Shown: positions 38,722 to 48,441 of the stretch, piece by piece
Position numbering within the stretch: the stretch's first letter is position 1
Layout: each line of letters starts with the position of its first letter
Source of the DNA: an uncultured Dehalococcoidales bacterium
GTDB lineage: Bacteria; Chloroflexota; Dehalococcoidia; GIF9; AB-539-J10
Length of the DNA stretch: 64,000 nt
Assembly (NCBI GenBank): GCA_964394145.1
Contig: CAYMVL010000034.1
Coordinates: 58,660 to 122,659, forward strand
Direction: 5' to 3'
Notes under the pieces: generated by a model
What the model saw: the letters and a program-made list of their open reading frames with translations, nothing else
Told to the model about the DNA's origin: nothing
Databases searched by the model: none
Program-made: the position numbers and the translations under genes

Positions 38722-41184
38722 CTATCTCACGGTGATGCCAGTCAGGGCCTGCTGCTGATTACCGTCCAGGTCTGCGACCACAAAGCCCAGTGCATAATCC
38801 CCCGCGGCGGCGTCCAGCGTCTCCCAGGTAAACATTTGCGCTCCAAATGTCAGCGTGCTCCCGTCTTGAAAAACGGTAGCGCTCACCTGCCCGTTGCTGT
38901 CCAGATCCAGCCATTCTTCACGAACCGTGAACCTATCACCGGCGCTGGGAGTTATCTCGCGTGGAGCACTGGCCTCGCTTTCACCCGTGAAACCAAACAC
39001 TTGACGCATCACTCCATTAATGAAGTACAGGCGGGCTTCAAGATGTTGGCCGCTGTCAGCAAAGGTGTATATCCCATCGACTGTATAGGTAGCCTCTTCG
39101 GCATTGCGCCCGTAATCTTCAGGTTTGAACAGGGCTGGTACTGAAGTAGTCCCATCGCTGATTGCGAAAACCACTGGTTCCCAAACGAATTCCAGTGTGA
39201 AGTCACCCTGACCCCAATCAGGATAATAGACACCATTAACCTGCCGAATTTTAGAACTCTCCAGGTAATCCTGGTCAGCTACGAAGATTGAATTGGATGC
39301 CTGGTCGTAGAAACCCACGAACAAATAGATGTGGCCGATGTTGTCACCGCTTATATCGGCACTCAGCGTCACCGGCTGACCAGGGGCAGCTTCTGTATCG
39401 GAAGCGGCAACTGGAGAGACACTGATGCCACCAGCTGCAGGAGCACGCACGGACCCACTGGCTGGAACTACTGCCCCCGTATCACTGTCTGCGAACTTAC
39501 GACCGGAATAATGATAAGCCAGAAAATCATCCCAGAGAGATTTGCCGGCAAAGCGGCTGGCGATGGCTGTATAGGACTCCGCTCCTGTAATCGAGTTCTG
39601 GTAGAGCTGCGAGTTGGGAAAGTAGATTGCCACACCTGTAGCACCTGGTTTCTGAGGGCCATGCTTTTCGGCAATCACTGCCTGCCTAATAGTGGAGAGC
39701 ACGTCGTCAGCTGCCTGGGTGATTTCAGCATTGCTTGTATTTTGCGTGACTATCTGCAAAAAGTTACCAAGGTCAATGTATGAGGGCGGGACTTGGGAGC
39801 CAAAGACACTCGTAAAGCTCTCAGCATAGCTACGGCTGCCAGCTAGTGTCTTCTGGTCAGCCTTCTGGAAAATGAAAGCCAGGTTATTCAAGCTGCTGTT
39901 CAATATACTAATTTTGGACAGGTCGACTGCCGTCAATGTACTGCTCTGCCCTATCTCACGGGCTAATTGCTGGGGAGAAACATCCGTCGGCTGGCCGAAA
40001 AGGCCTCCCAAGGGAGAACCCTGGCTAAGGAAATCTGCCCTTGCGCTGCTATCCAGAATAATCTGATCCTCCTCAATATAGCCCTGCACGATCAACCTGG
40101 AGAACTCTGCCCCATCCATGTCGGGGTTCTGTGTCAACGCCTTCAGAAAATCGGTATAAGCCCAACCCAAGGACGGTTCCACCTCCTGAGAGGCGACCGC
40201 ATAACGGGCGTGTGGCTCCAGAGCAGTAAAAACCTCCACCTGGCCCATTAAGCAAGCATCGAGCCCGATCATTTCAAATTTATCTAACCCTGTATTAGCC
40301 CGAATCTGGTCAAGTGCATCGTCCATCTCATTCAGGTAAAGCATATCGCCCAGGCGAGCCTGCATAGGAATAGTGGTGTCCACACTACCTTTAGGGATGG
40401 AGTCAGTCCAGCCGCCAGGCCAGCCCATCCCATGGTCAGAGAGTATCAGAACATGTTTATCGGCCGGATAGGACTTAATGGCCCAGGAAGCGAAGTCAAT
40501 CAGAGTCTGGCTGGAGGACATGTTGAGTTCACCCAAATTAGCTACTTGCTGCGAAGCTAATCGCCCCAGGTTATCATCCTGACTGATTAGAAAGCATCTG
40601 GTATCTGTCCAGTCGCCGTCTCCGCTGTAAGCTCCATCGTACCGGTCAACCTGCGCCACTATTTTAACCCGATCCGACGCACCTGCTTTTTCGGCTTCGT
40701 TCAAATCAAGATAGATATCTTTTTCCAGTATATTGTCATCGGCATCCTGGTAGAGCATAACTAACCAGGTCTGGTCGGTCCTGGTCGAAGTCTCGCTGGT
40801 TATTTCAGGGTAGTTCGTGACAAATGGGGCAGCCGAGTCCAGACTCGAGATCTGGCCAGTGTCCGAGCCAGTCGAGGGGAGCGTAGGCAGGGAATGCCCG
40901 TCTTCAGGGCTGGGAGTTCCGCAGCTCCGCACTCCAAAAATGATAACAGCTATAATAATCACGATAATAATAGAAACAACTGACATGCAACCCTTGCTTC
41001 CACGAGTAGGTAGCCGACTCCTGATGCTAGATCCTGAGCTAGCACCCATTCCAGCCCTTGCATCTCCGACCTGCCTGCGCTGGGGCGCCTCAGCGCGTTC
41101 GCGCCCACCCTGCGGTGCAGCTTCAGGTTTGCGGCGACGCCGAGCTTGAATTATGCGCTTCTTCCGATCCCCGTTGGAAGTCAT
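38722..41184 (-). CDS. Clostripain-family (peptidase C11) cysteine protease, membrane-anchored, with large C-terminal extension
   Basis: Arg-rich cytoplasmic N-terminus, single TM VVSIIIVIIIAVIIFGV, catalytic His (ILSDHGMGW) and Cys (MIGLDACLMG) in C11 order. 820 aa. Confidence 0.8.
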   Translation of the reverse strand: MTSNGDRKKRIIQARRRRKPEAAPQGGRERAEAPQRRQVGDARAGMGASSGSSIRSRLPTRGSKGCMSVVSIIIVIIIAVIIFGVRSCGTPSPEDGHSLPTLPSTGSDTGQISSLDSAAPFVTNYPEITSETSTRTDQTWLVMLYQDADDNILEKDIYLDLNEAEKAGASDRVKIVAQVDRYDGAYSGDGDWTDTRCFLISQDDNLGRLASQQVANLGELNMSSSQTLIDFASWAIKSYPADKHVLILSDHGMGWPGGWTDSIPKGSVDTTIPMQARLGDMLYLNEMDDALDQIRANTGLDKFEMIGLDACLMGQVEVFTALEPHARYAVASQEVEPSLGWAYTDFLKALTQNPDMDGAEFSRLIVQGYIEEDQIILDSSARADFLSQGSPLGGLFGQPTDVSPQQLAREIGQSSTLTAVDLSKISILNSSLNNLAFIFQKADQKTLAGSRSYAESFTSVFGSQVPPSYIDLGNFLQIVTQNTSNAEITQAADDVLSTIRQAVIAEKHGPQKPGATGVAIYFPNSQLYQNSITGAESYTAIASRFAGKSLWDDFLAYHYSGRKFADSDTGAVVPASGSVRAPAAGGISVSPVAASDTEAAPGQPVTLSADISGDNIGHIYLFVGFYDQASNSIFVADQDYLESSKIRQVNGVYYPDWGQGDFTLEFVWEPVVFAISDGTTSVPALFKPEDYGRNAEEATYTVDGIYTFADSGQHLEARLYFINGVMRQVFGFTGESEASAPREITPSAGDRFTVREEWLDLDSNGQVSATVFQDGSTLTFGAQMFTWETLDAAAGDYALGFVVADLDGNQQQALTGITVR

Positions 41185-42293
41185 ACGGGACCACCAATCC
41201 TTTTTGAGGATTCTCTGTTTCCGTACTGCGTTAAGCCTGAGGCAGCCGGTTCAGATGGTGTAAACAAAGCGTTAAATACTTGTTTCATTTGCTTGTCTGC
41301 ATCGATGAGTCGACATATCAACGTTCTAACCTATAGAAGAGCAACCTTGAGCTTCCCAGGGCAAAAGATAAGCAACTATGCTGTACATAGAGCTCCTTTC
41401 AAGTGTGGTTGATGAGATATTATATAGGTTTATATGAAAATTTCCCATACTAAGTGATGAAGTGGTGGCGTTTTTTGATGAGAGTAGCTCCGGTGTTAAG
41501 AGCTAAGTCCACTATTCATAATGGGTCAGACACTAGGGTCTCCACTATACATGCATTGCCAATTTCTGCTGGTGTTGAAATTGATAGCTACTCACCCCAT
41601 ATCGGTTCACAAAAAGACTGTACCTTAGCTTTCCGTCGCTGCTTATGAAGACTCAATTGCTGGTCCTATTCCGATTTTCAGCAGTAATGTGGCTGCATAT
41701 TTACTGACGAGTCGTCGAACTGAGAGTTAGGATACTTGAGAGAAAACCTTGCTTACGGAAGGAGCCAGAGCGGGCGAGAGAAGACGGTAGCAGGGACCAA
41801 TCCATGCTCTTTTTGGTCTCGTGCCTGCGTTGAGCCGTGTTCTCGTTATGGTGCGGGGAAGGCTCTTATTAGAGCGCCGTCAAGTGTGACTTATTCGTAT
41901 GGGCTGATAACAAGTTGACCGTGGTAGCGCTTTGGCTGACTTACGGCTCAGTTTGAGAGAAGAGGGAAGGGTGATGCTAGCCGTTTGTGTGCTTGTGGAG
42001 TCTATGTGTCACACAGTAGCCTGAAGCCGGCAATTGCTTCAGGGTTTAACTGAAGAAAGAGCAGACCCAGATAAAAGCTCCCATCTATCCTCCAATCAGG
42101 CCCAGTCTTCTTTCAGAGAGGTAAGGTTTCCCTATTTACCTGATTTTACTCAGCTGCGGATGATGGCCAATCCTCAAGTCTACCTCAATAGTCAATGGCA
42201 CAACCGATGAGCATCAAAAGGGCGAAAAATAAGACTTCGCTGGTATTTGCTGCAATATAGTAGGCAGTGCCGGTATGACGAAGCGGACTCTAT

Positions 42294-42659
42294 TTAGGAT
42301 TCTAGTTTACCGGCTTTGTCTTCCTGCCGTATTTCTTCATAGCTATCCAAAATTCTAGCTGCAATAGTGTCAATGTCTTCAAAGCCCCCAGCTTCGTAGT
42401 ACCTGAAATAGCAGTTTTCGGGCGGCTCTGGCTCATGTAATCGTATTAATAGTCTCTTGTGCAGATTTGAAATCTTTCCCAAACGCCAGAGTTTTTTCCC
42501 GCCGGGGCTGACATACGCTATTTCATAGACCCCCGGAGCCTCGGGCACGCTATTAACGTTTTCTTTTGTGAATTTAATCCAGGTCTTCTCTGCTCCCACT
42601 AAAGTTGCCCTCACAAAGGCCTTACATGATGGAAGGTAACCCTCACCATGTTGCTGCAT
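42294..42659 (-). CDS. Small GIY-YIG (URI) nuclease-domain protein
   Basis: PGVYEIAY...GKKLWRLGKISNLHKRLLIRLHEPE fits GIY-(10-11)-YIG...R...H...E. Confidence 0.5.
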   Translation of the reverse strand: MQQHGEGYLPSCKAFVRATLVGAEKTWIKFTKENVNSVPEAPGVYEIAYVSPGGKKLWRLGKISNLHKRLLIRLHEPEPPENCYFRYYEAGGFEDIDTIAARILDSYEEIRQEDKAGKLES

Positions 42660-42980
42660 TATAGCATAGTTGTTTTACCATTATGGTAACCCGTGATAGT
42701 AATTCAGTATTGATGATAAGTATGCCACGAGTGTTACCGAATATCTCAGCGTCCACATCCTGCCTAACTCAATAGCTCAGATTCTGCTGGGTGGACCATT
42801 TTTCTTCATGGATATGCAGACGGTCTTCATCAATTCCACCCTCTATTGACCAAATGGAGAAATTTTGGTAGCATAGTATAAGGCAGCTGACCTTTAAGGC
42901 AGTGAGCTTGAAATTAGAGTAGACGAGTTTTCCGCTTGGATCGGTAACGACTGAGACGGATTAACAGGGTGTGATGCGAT

Positions 42981-43016
42981 GCCCTCTCGGTTGTGCCGAG
43001 AGGGTTTTTTGTTGTT
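42981..43016 (+). terminator. Rho-independent terminator/attenuator in the leader upstream of the pan operon
   Basis: Perfect 9-bp stem CCCTCTCGG/CCGAGAGGG with 5-nt loop, followed by TTTTTTGTTGTT. No annotated + strand ORF upstream. Confidence 0.6.
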
Positions 43017-43168
43017 ATGTACTGTGTCATAAGTGAAGTTCATACAATTGGAGTAGGACGGCATACCGGTAGAAAAGGAACGACGGTCTTTATGGCAATT
43101 CGCCCTGAGCAATGGGCCGTAGCTTGGGTCGATTTCAGTGGCTTGGTAGCAGCAAAGCATCTGGTGTG

Positions 43169-44026
43169 ATGATGAAAGTTGGCTTTATTGGCGCTGGAAC
43201 GGTGGGCACGGCATTAGCAGTCAGGCTTTACAGAGCAGGGTGTGCTGTAGTCTCTGTGTCCAGCCGAAGTCCACACTCGGCACACAAATTGGCTGAGCTG
43301 GTGAGTAATTGTGAAGTCTACCAGAATGGCCAGGGGGTAGCAGATACCGCTGAACTGGTTTTCATCACTACTCCTGATGATGTTATAGCCAAGGTTGTGG
43401 GTGAGATTGGGTGGCATGCAGGACAGGATGCCATCCACTGTAGTGGTGCGCATTCTATTGATATTCTGGAGCCGGCGAGGCAATCAGGGGCCAATGTGGG
43501 TTCTTTCCACCCACTCCAGACATTTGCGAGCTATGAACAGGCTATGGAGAATTTGCCCGGGTCTGCCTTTGCGTTAGAGGCTGAGGAACCTCTATTAACC
43601 AAGTTGAAGCAACTAGCTCATATTTTAGGTGGGAGCTACATAGAGCTTAAGCCAGGGGACAAGGTGCTGTATCATGCTGCAGCCGTTTTTGCGTCTAACT
43701 ATCTGGTGGCTTTGGTCAAGTTAGCCGTGGATTTATGGCAGTATTTCGGGGTGTCACCCGAAGAGGCACTTAAGGCTTTGATGCCTCTGCTCAAAGGTAC
43801 GATAAGCAATATTGAGAGTATTGGTTTACCTCGTTGTCTCACAGGGCCTGTAGCTCGCGGGGATTTGAGTACAATAAGCAAGCATTTGAGTGGCCTTAAA
43901 GCTAGAGACTCTGGTTTATTGACCACTTATAGAGAATTGGGTCTTCAGACTATTCCTATTGCTCTGGCTAAAGGCGGAATCGATGCCCGGAGGGCAACCA
44001 TGTTGGAGGCGTTGCTTAAGCAATAG
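43169..44026 (+). CDS. Rossmann-fold / DUF2520 oxidoreductase (putative ketopantoate reductase, PanG-like)
   Basis: MKVGFIGAGTVGTALA dinucleotide fold. First gene of the panD-panB-panC operon. Start placed at the internal Met (the listed ORF starts at 43112). Confidence 0.65.
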   Translation: MMKVGFIGAGTVGTALAVRLYRAGCAVVSVSSRSPHSAHKLAELVSNCEVYQNGQGVADTAELVFITTPDDVIAKVVGEIGWHAGQDAIHCSGAHSIDILEPARQSGANVGSFHPLQTFASYEQAMENLPGSAFALEAEEPLLTKLKQLAHILGGSYIELKPGDKVLYHAAAVFASNYLVALVKLAVDLWQYFGVSPEEALKALMPLLKGTISNIESIGLPRCLTGPVARGDLSTISKHLSGLKARDSGLLTTYRELGLQTIPIALAKGGIDARRATMLEALLKQ

Positions 44027-44042
44027 ATAAAGGAGAGAGAAA

Positions 44043-44444
44043 ATGAGAACCATGTTAAAGAGCAAGATTCATCGAGCTCGAGTTACACAGGTTAACCTAG
44101 GTTATGAAGGTAGCATTACCATTGACAAATCTCTCCTGGAGGCCAGTGATATCTTGCCGTTTGAACGAGTAGAAGTGCTAAACATCAATAACGGCGCCAG
44201 GTTCAGTACTTACGCTATAGAGGGAGAGGACAGTTCAGGCGTTATCTGCGTCAATGGTGCTGCTGCCAGGCTGGTTGCAAAAGGGGATATAGTGATCATC
44301 CTTTCTTACTGCCAGATTGCGGATGATGAGGCGATGGTTGTCACACCAACCAGAGTTTATGTGGATAGCAGAAACAGGATTATTGAACCCCCGTCTATAG
44401 GTCCTATTTCTGGAAGTCAAAGAGATGTAGTGAGTGCGAGGTAG
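44043..44444 (+). CDS. panD: Aspartate 1-decarboxylase
   Basis: [11 protein letters not shown]...L.YEGSItID. Pyruvoyl processing site G-S. Confidence 0.9.
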   Translation: MRTMLKSKIHRARVTQVNLGYEGSITIDKSLLEASDILPFERVEVLNINNGARFSTYAIEGEDSSGVICVNGAAARLVAKGDIVIILSYCQIADDEAMVVTPTRVYVDSRNRIIEPPSIGPISGSQRDVVSAR

Positions 44445-45294
44445 TAATGCCATGAGGGTTACCATCGCTGAGATAAAGGAAATGAAGCGGAAAGGGGACA
44501 AAATCCCCATGCTCACTGCTTACGATTATGTCACGGCTAAAATAATCGATGAAGCTAATGTACCTTTGATCCTGGTTGGAGATAGCCTTGGTATGGTGAT
44601 GTTGGGCTACGAATCAACTATACCCGTGACTATTGATGAGATGTTACATCATACTAAAGCTGTGGTGAGAGGTGCTAGGAAGGGTCTGATAGTAGGTGAC
44701 ATGCCTTTTATGACCTATCATATGAGTATTGCCGAGACTCTACGCAACGCGGCGCGTTTGATCCAGGAGGGAGGGGCTCAGGCTGTGAAATTGGAGGGGG
44801 GTGAAGTTGTTGCTGAGGAAATAAGGCACCTTACAGAATGTGGCATACCTGTTATGGGGCATATTGGCTTTACCCCGCAATCGATACATCAATTGGGTGG
44901 ATTCAAAGTACAGGGAAGAGCACTAGAGGAAGCTAAGAAATTGTTGCAAGATGCCCTTATTTTGGAGCAGGCTGGCGTTTTTGCTACCGTTTTGGAGTGT
45001 ACTCCAGCACCTCTTTCTAAGCTGATTACCCGGAAGCTAGCTGTTCCCACAATAGGCATCGGTGCAGGACCCTATTGTGATGGACAAGTCCAGGTAATCA
45101 GCGATATTCTGGGGCTTTATACCGATTTTGTCCCCAAGCATTCCAAGCAATATGCTAAGTTGGCGGGGGAAATAGAGGCTGCCGTGGCTGGCTATGTATC
45201 TGAAGTTAAGACGCAAAGCTTCCCCACCATGAAACAGAGCTATGCTATGGATGAGAGTCTCCTTGAGTCTCTTGAGACCCTATCTTCTTCTTAG
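44434..45294 (+). CDS. panB: 3-methyl-2-oxobutanoate hydroxymethyltransferase
   Basis: Family motifs [23 protein letters not shown]. Confidence 0.9.
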   Translation: MRGSNAMRVTIAEIKEMKRKGDKIPMLTAYDYVTAKIIDEANVPLILVGDSLGMVMLGYESTIPVTIDEMLHHTKAVVRGARKGLIVGDMPFMTYHMSIAETLRNAARLIQEGGAQAVKLEGGEVVAEEIRHLTECGIPVMGHIGFTPQSIHQLGGFKVQGRALEEAKKLLQDALILEQAGVFATVLECTPAPLSKLITRKLAVPTIGIGAGPYCDGQVQVISDILGLYTDFVPKHSKQYAKLAGEIEAAVAGYVSEVKTQSFPTMKQSYAMDESLLESLETLSSS

Positions 45295-45328
45295 TAGTAA
45301 GTGGGGAAGATTAGGCTGGTAGTGAGAA

Positions 45329-46162
45329 ATGCAGGTGGTCAGGGCTGTCTCTGAGATGGGGGAACTGAGGAGACAACTCAGCAGCTCCGTTGGCTTTGTA
45401 CCTACCATGGGCTATCTTCACGAAGGACATCTGTCTCTGGTGAGACAAGCCAAAGCAGAAAATTCTAGCGTTGTAGTTAGCATTTATGTGAATCCTGCCC
45501 AGTTTGGTGCAAGCGAAGATCTTGTAGCTTACCCACGAGACTTAAACCGTGACCTGGCACTCTTAGAAGAGGAAGAAGCAGACATAGTGTTTGTTCCTCC
45601 TGATGAAGAAATGTATCCGTCCGGGTTCAGTACTTGGGTGGATGTGGAAAGAGTAAGTGAGTGTCTTGAGGGGGAGTCGCGGCCGGGCCATTTCAGAGGA
45701 GTGGCAACGATTTGTGTTAAGTTGTTCAATATTGCCCAACCGGCCAGGGCGTACTTTGGACAGAAGGATGCTCAGCAAGTAATAGTCATAAAGCGGATGG
45801 TAAGCGACCTCAATATGAACCTTGACATTGTGGTTGTTCCTACAGTCAGGGAGAGCGACGGCCTAGCCATTAGCAGCCGTAATATCTACTTACGGCCTGA
45901 CGAACGCCAGTCGGCGGCGGTTCTCTTTGGTGCCTTATCTTTAGCCAAGGAGTTATGGCAGGATGGGGAGAGGGATGCGGACATAATTCGCCGGCAAATG
46001 ATATCGCACATCCAGAAGGAGCCACTGGCACGGATTGACTATGTGAGTATCGCTGATAGTACTACTCTGGAAGAACTGGAACATATTGAGTATATGGCAC
46101 TGGTATCACTGGCCGTTCGTATTGGCAGAGCTAGGTTAATAGATAACATAATCCTGCGGTAA
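45329..46162 (+). CDS. panC: Pantoate--beta-alanine ligase
   Basis: VPTMGYLHEGHLSL HIGH-like motif. Confidence 0.9.
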   Translation: MQVVRAVSEMGELRRQLSSSVGFVPTMGYLHEGHLSLVRQAKAENSSVVVSIYVNPAQFGASEDLVAYPRDLNRDLALLEEEEADIVFVPPDEEMYPSGFSTWVDVERVSECLEGESRPGHFRGVATICVKLFNIAQPARAYFGQKDAQQVIVIKRMVSDLNMNLDIVVVPTVRESDGLAISSRNIYLRPDERQSAAVLFGALSLAKELWQDGERDADIIRRQMISHIQKEPLARIDYVSIADSTTLEELEHIEYMALVSLAVRIGRARLIDNIILR

Positions 46163-46317
46163 GAATGCAGAGACTCGGGTTCTGCCCAATTCGTTGTCAT
46201 ATAAGTAGAAATAGATGGCTCCTCCAACTGGTGGGGTTGTTTGTTGGGGATGTTGACATTACAATGTGTGGTGGAGTATGTTAAGTGTAGATTAGCTCAT
46301 AAGGGGGAACACAGAGC

Positions 46318-47442
46318 ATGGGACCAATAAACGTAGCGATTATAGGTGTGGGCAATTGTGCCTCTTCATTGATTCAGGGGGTTCACTACTATAAGAATGC
46401 CGGAGAAGATGAGTTTGTTCCTGGCCTAATGCATGTCAATCTTGGTGGATATCATATATCTGATATAAACTTCGTGGCTGCATTTGATATTGACAAGAAC
46501 AAAGTGGGCAAGGATTTGGCGGAAGCCATTTTTGTCCCGCCTAATAACACGATCAAGTTTTGCGATGTGCCGGATATTGGCGTCCGGGTTCAACGAGGCA
46601 TGACACATGATGGTCTGGGCAAGTATCTTTCTCAAGTGATTACCAAGGCGTCAGGGCCAACTGCTGATGTGGTAGGCATACTTAAGGAGACCAAAACAGA
46701 CGTAGTGCTCAATTATTTGCCTGTAGGCAGCGAGGAAGCGACCAAGTGGTATGTAGAGCAGGTACTGGCTGCCGGTTGTGGCTTGATTAATTGTATGCCG
46801 GTTTTTATCGCTCGTGAACGCTATTGGCAGGATAGGTTTGCCAAGAGGGGACTGCCTGTTATCGGTGATGACATAAAGTCTCAGGTCGGCGCGACCATAA
46901 CCCATCGGGTTTTAACCAGGCTTTTTCGTGACCGCGGGGTTAGATTGGAACGAACGTATCAGCTTAACTTTGGTGGTAATACTGATTTCTATAATATGCT
47001 GGAGCGGGAGCGTTTGGAGTCCAAGAAGATTTCCAAGACTAACGCTGTTACTTCCCAGCTTGACTATGATATCGGCTCTGATAATATCCATGTTGGTCCC
47101 AGCGACTACGTGCCATGGCTGGCTGACCGCAAATTCTGTTATATAAGGATGGAAGGTCGTACGTTTGGTGATGTTCCACTAAACTTGGAATTGAAGATGG
47201 AAGTATGGGATAGCCCTAATTCGGCTGGGGTGGTTATCGATGCTTTAAGGTGCTGTAAATTAGCTTTAGATCGGAGTATCAGTGGGACTATAGTTGCTCC
47301 CGCTGCGTACTTTATGAAATCGCCGCCAATTCAATATTCGGACGACGAGGCGCGCATGAAGACGGAGGCATTCATTAACGGGGAAGAACAGGAAGGCCCC
47401 GTTTCATTGCCTGAACCGCAACTAGCCGAGATTAAAGTCTAA
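46318..47442 (+). CDS. ino1: myo-Inositol-1-phosphate synthase (short archaeal/bacterial type)
   Basis: [19 protein letters not shown] fold. 374 aa. Confidence 0.75.
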   Translation: MGPINVAIIGVGNCASSLIQGVHYYKNAGEDEFVPGLMHVNLGGYHISDINFVAAFDIDKNKVGKDLAEAIFVPPNNTIKFCDVPDIGVRVQRGMTHDGLGKYLSQVITKASGPTADVVGILKETKTDVVLNYLPVGSEEATKWYVEQVLAAGCGLINCMPVFIARERYWQDRFAKRGLPVIGDDIKSQVGATITHRVLTRLFRDRGVRLERTYQLNFGGNTDFYNMLERERLESKKISKTNAVTSQLDYDIGSDNIHVGPSDYVPWLADRKFCYIRMEGRTFGDVPLNLELKMEVWDSPNSAGVVIDALRCCKLALDRSISGTIVAPAAYFMKSPPIQYSDDEARMKTEAFINGEEQEGPVSLPEPQLAEIKV

Positions 47443-47826
47443 GCAGATTCTCAAGAGGACGATGAGAATAGCGTGGAGTTTGATTGTTTTGCCTTTAAGG
47501 TTATTCTTATTTTGCGCCTACGCTAAGTGAGTGAGGCCCAGCGGGCTTTTCAGGTAGGCGACATCTCTGGAAGGATTGAATTCATTGGTTACGTCTTGTT
47601 ACGTCATCTTGCTCGGCAAATATGGCAGTCAGGTATTGCTGGATGGGGGGCCTCGGTGACGAAGTTCGGGTCGTGTGCGATGGGTTTCTGTTGGCGGGAA
47701 CCCGTCGAGGGAGGGGAATGAGCATCACGGACAACAAGAGCTTGAAATGTGTCTGGGCGGAATCGGTATAATTTGAGCTAAACTTGACTTAATGTTGCTG
47801 GAATGGGTTCTATAGAGACGGGCTAG

Positions 47827-48441
47827 ATGGCAAATCTAACACAAATGCGGAGGGATATAGGTTATCGGATTGCCAATCCGATGGTTAGGATCCTGGCTAG
47901 GAGCAGCCTGAAGCCTGACACCTTGACTTTGCTGGGGTTAGCAGTAAATCTTGGTGCAGCTTACACTATTGCTCGCGACTATCTTGTCCTTGGCGGCGTG
48001 TTAGTCTTAGTTTCGGGGATATTTGATCTCCTTGATGGAGCGTTGGCTCGCTTTGCTAAACGAGCAACGAAGTTCGGTGCTATTCTGGATTCTACTGTTG
48101 ACCGTGTTTCTGAGGCGGCAGTGCTCTTTGGTCTCATAGTCTGGTATGTCTCAAAGGGGGCTGAGATCGAGATTCTGCTTGTATTTGCTGTCCTGATTGG
48201 TTCGTTTCTCGTCAGCTATGTAAGAGCAAGAGGTGAGGGGCTAGGGTTGCAATGTCAGGTTGGCTTGTTTACCAGGGCTGAACGCGTTATAGTATTGGCT
48301 GTGGGTTTATTGCTGAGCGGTGTGGATGTTGTAATCCCACCTGTAACGATCGCATTATGGATTTTGCTTGTGTTCGTTTATGTTACTGTTGCGCAAAGGC
48401 TGTTTTACCTGCGTAAGCAAGCAAATAGTGGAGGTGGCTAA
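47827..48441 (+). CDS. CDP-alcohol phosphatidyltransferase family protein (likely phosphatidyl-/archaetidyl-inositol-phosphate or inositol-phosphate transferase)
   Basis: Perfect motif D-x2-DG-x2-AR-x8-G-x3-D-x3-D (DLLDGALARFAKRATKFGAILDSTVD). 204 aa; about 6 TM. Confidence 0.8.
   Translation: MANLTQMRRDIGYRIANPMVRILARSSLKPDTLTLLGLAVNLGAAYTIARDYLVLGGVLVLVSGIFDLLDGALARFAKRATKFGAILDSTVDRVSEAAVLFGLIVWYVSKGAEIEILLVFAVLIGSFLVSYVRARGEGLGLQCQVGLFTRAERVIVLAVGLLLSGVDVVIPPVTIALWILLVFVYVTVAQRLFYLRKQANSGGG

Noticed and set aside
41690-41720. Hammerhead-like CUGACGAG...CGAAC string
   Set aside because: The intervening helix II would be a 5-bp stem with a 1-nt loop and no stem I or III partners. It is a chance match.
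42840-42900. Possible SRP (4.5S) RNA because of repeated AAGGCAG strings
   Set aside because: It lacks the AGGUCCGGAAGGAAGCAGC helix-8 consensus. It is not SRP RNA.
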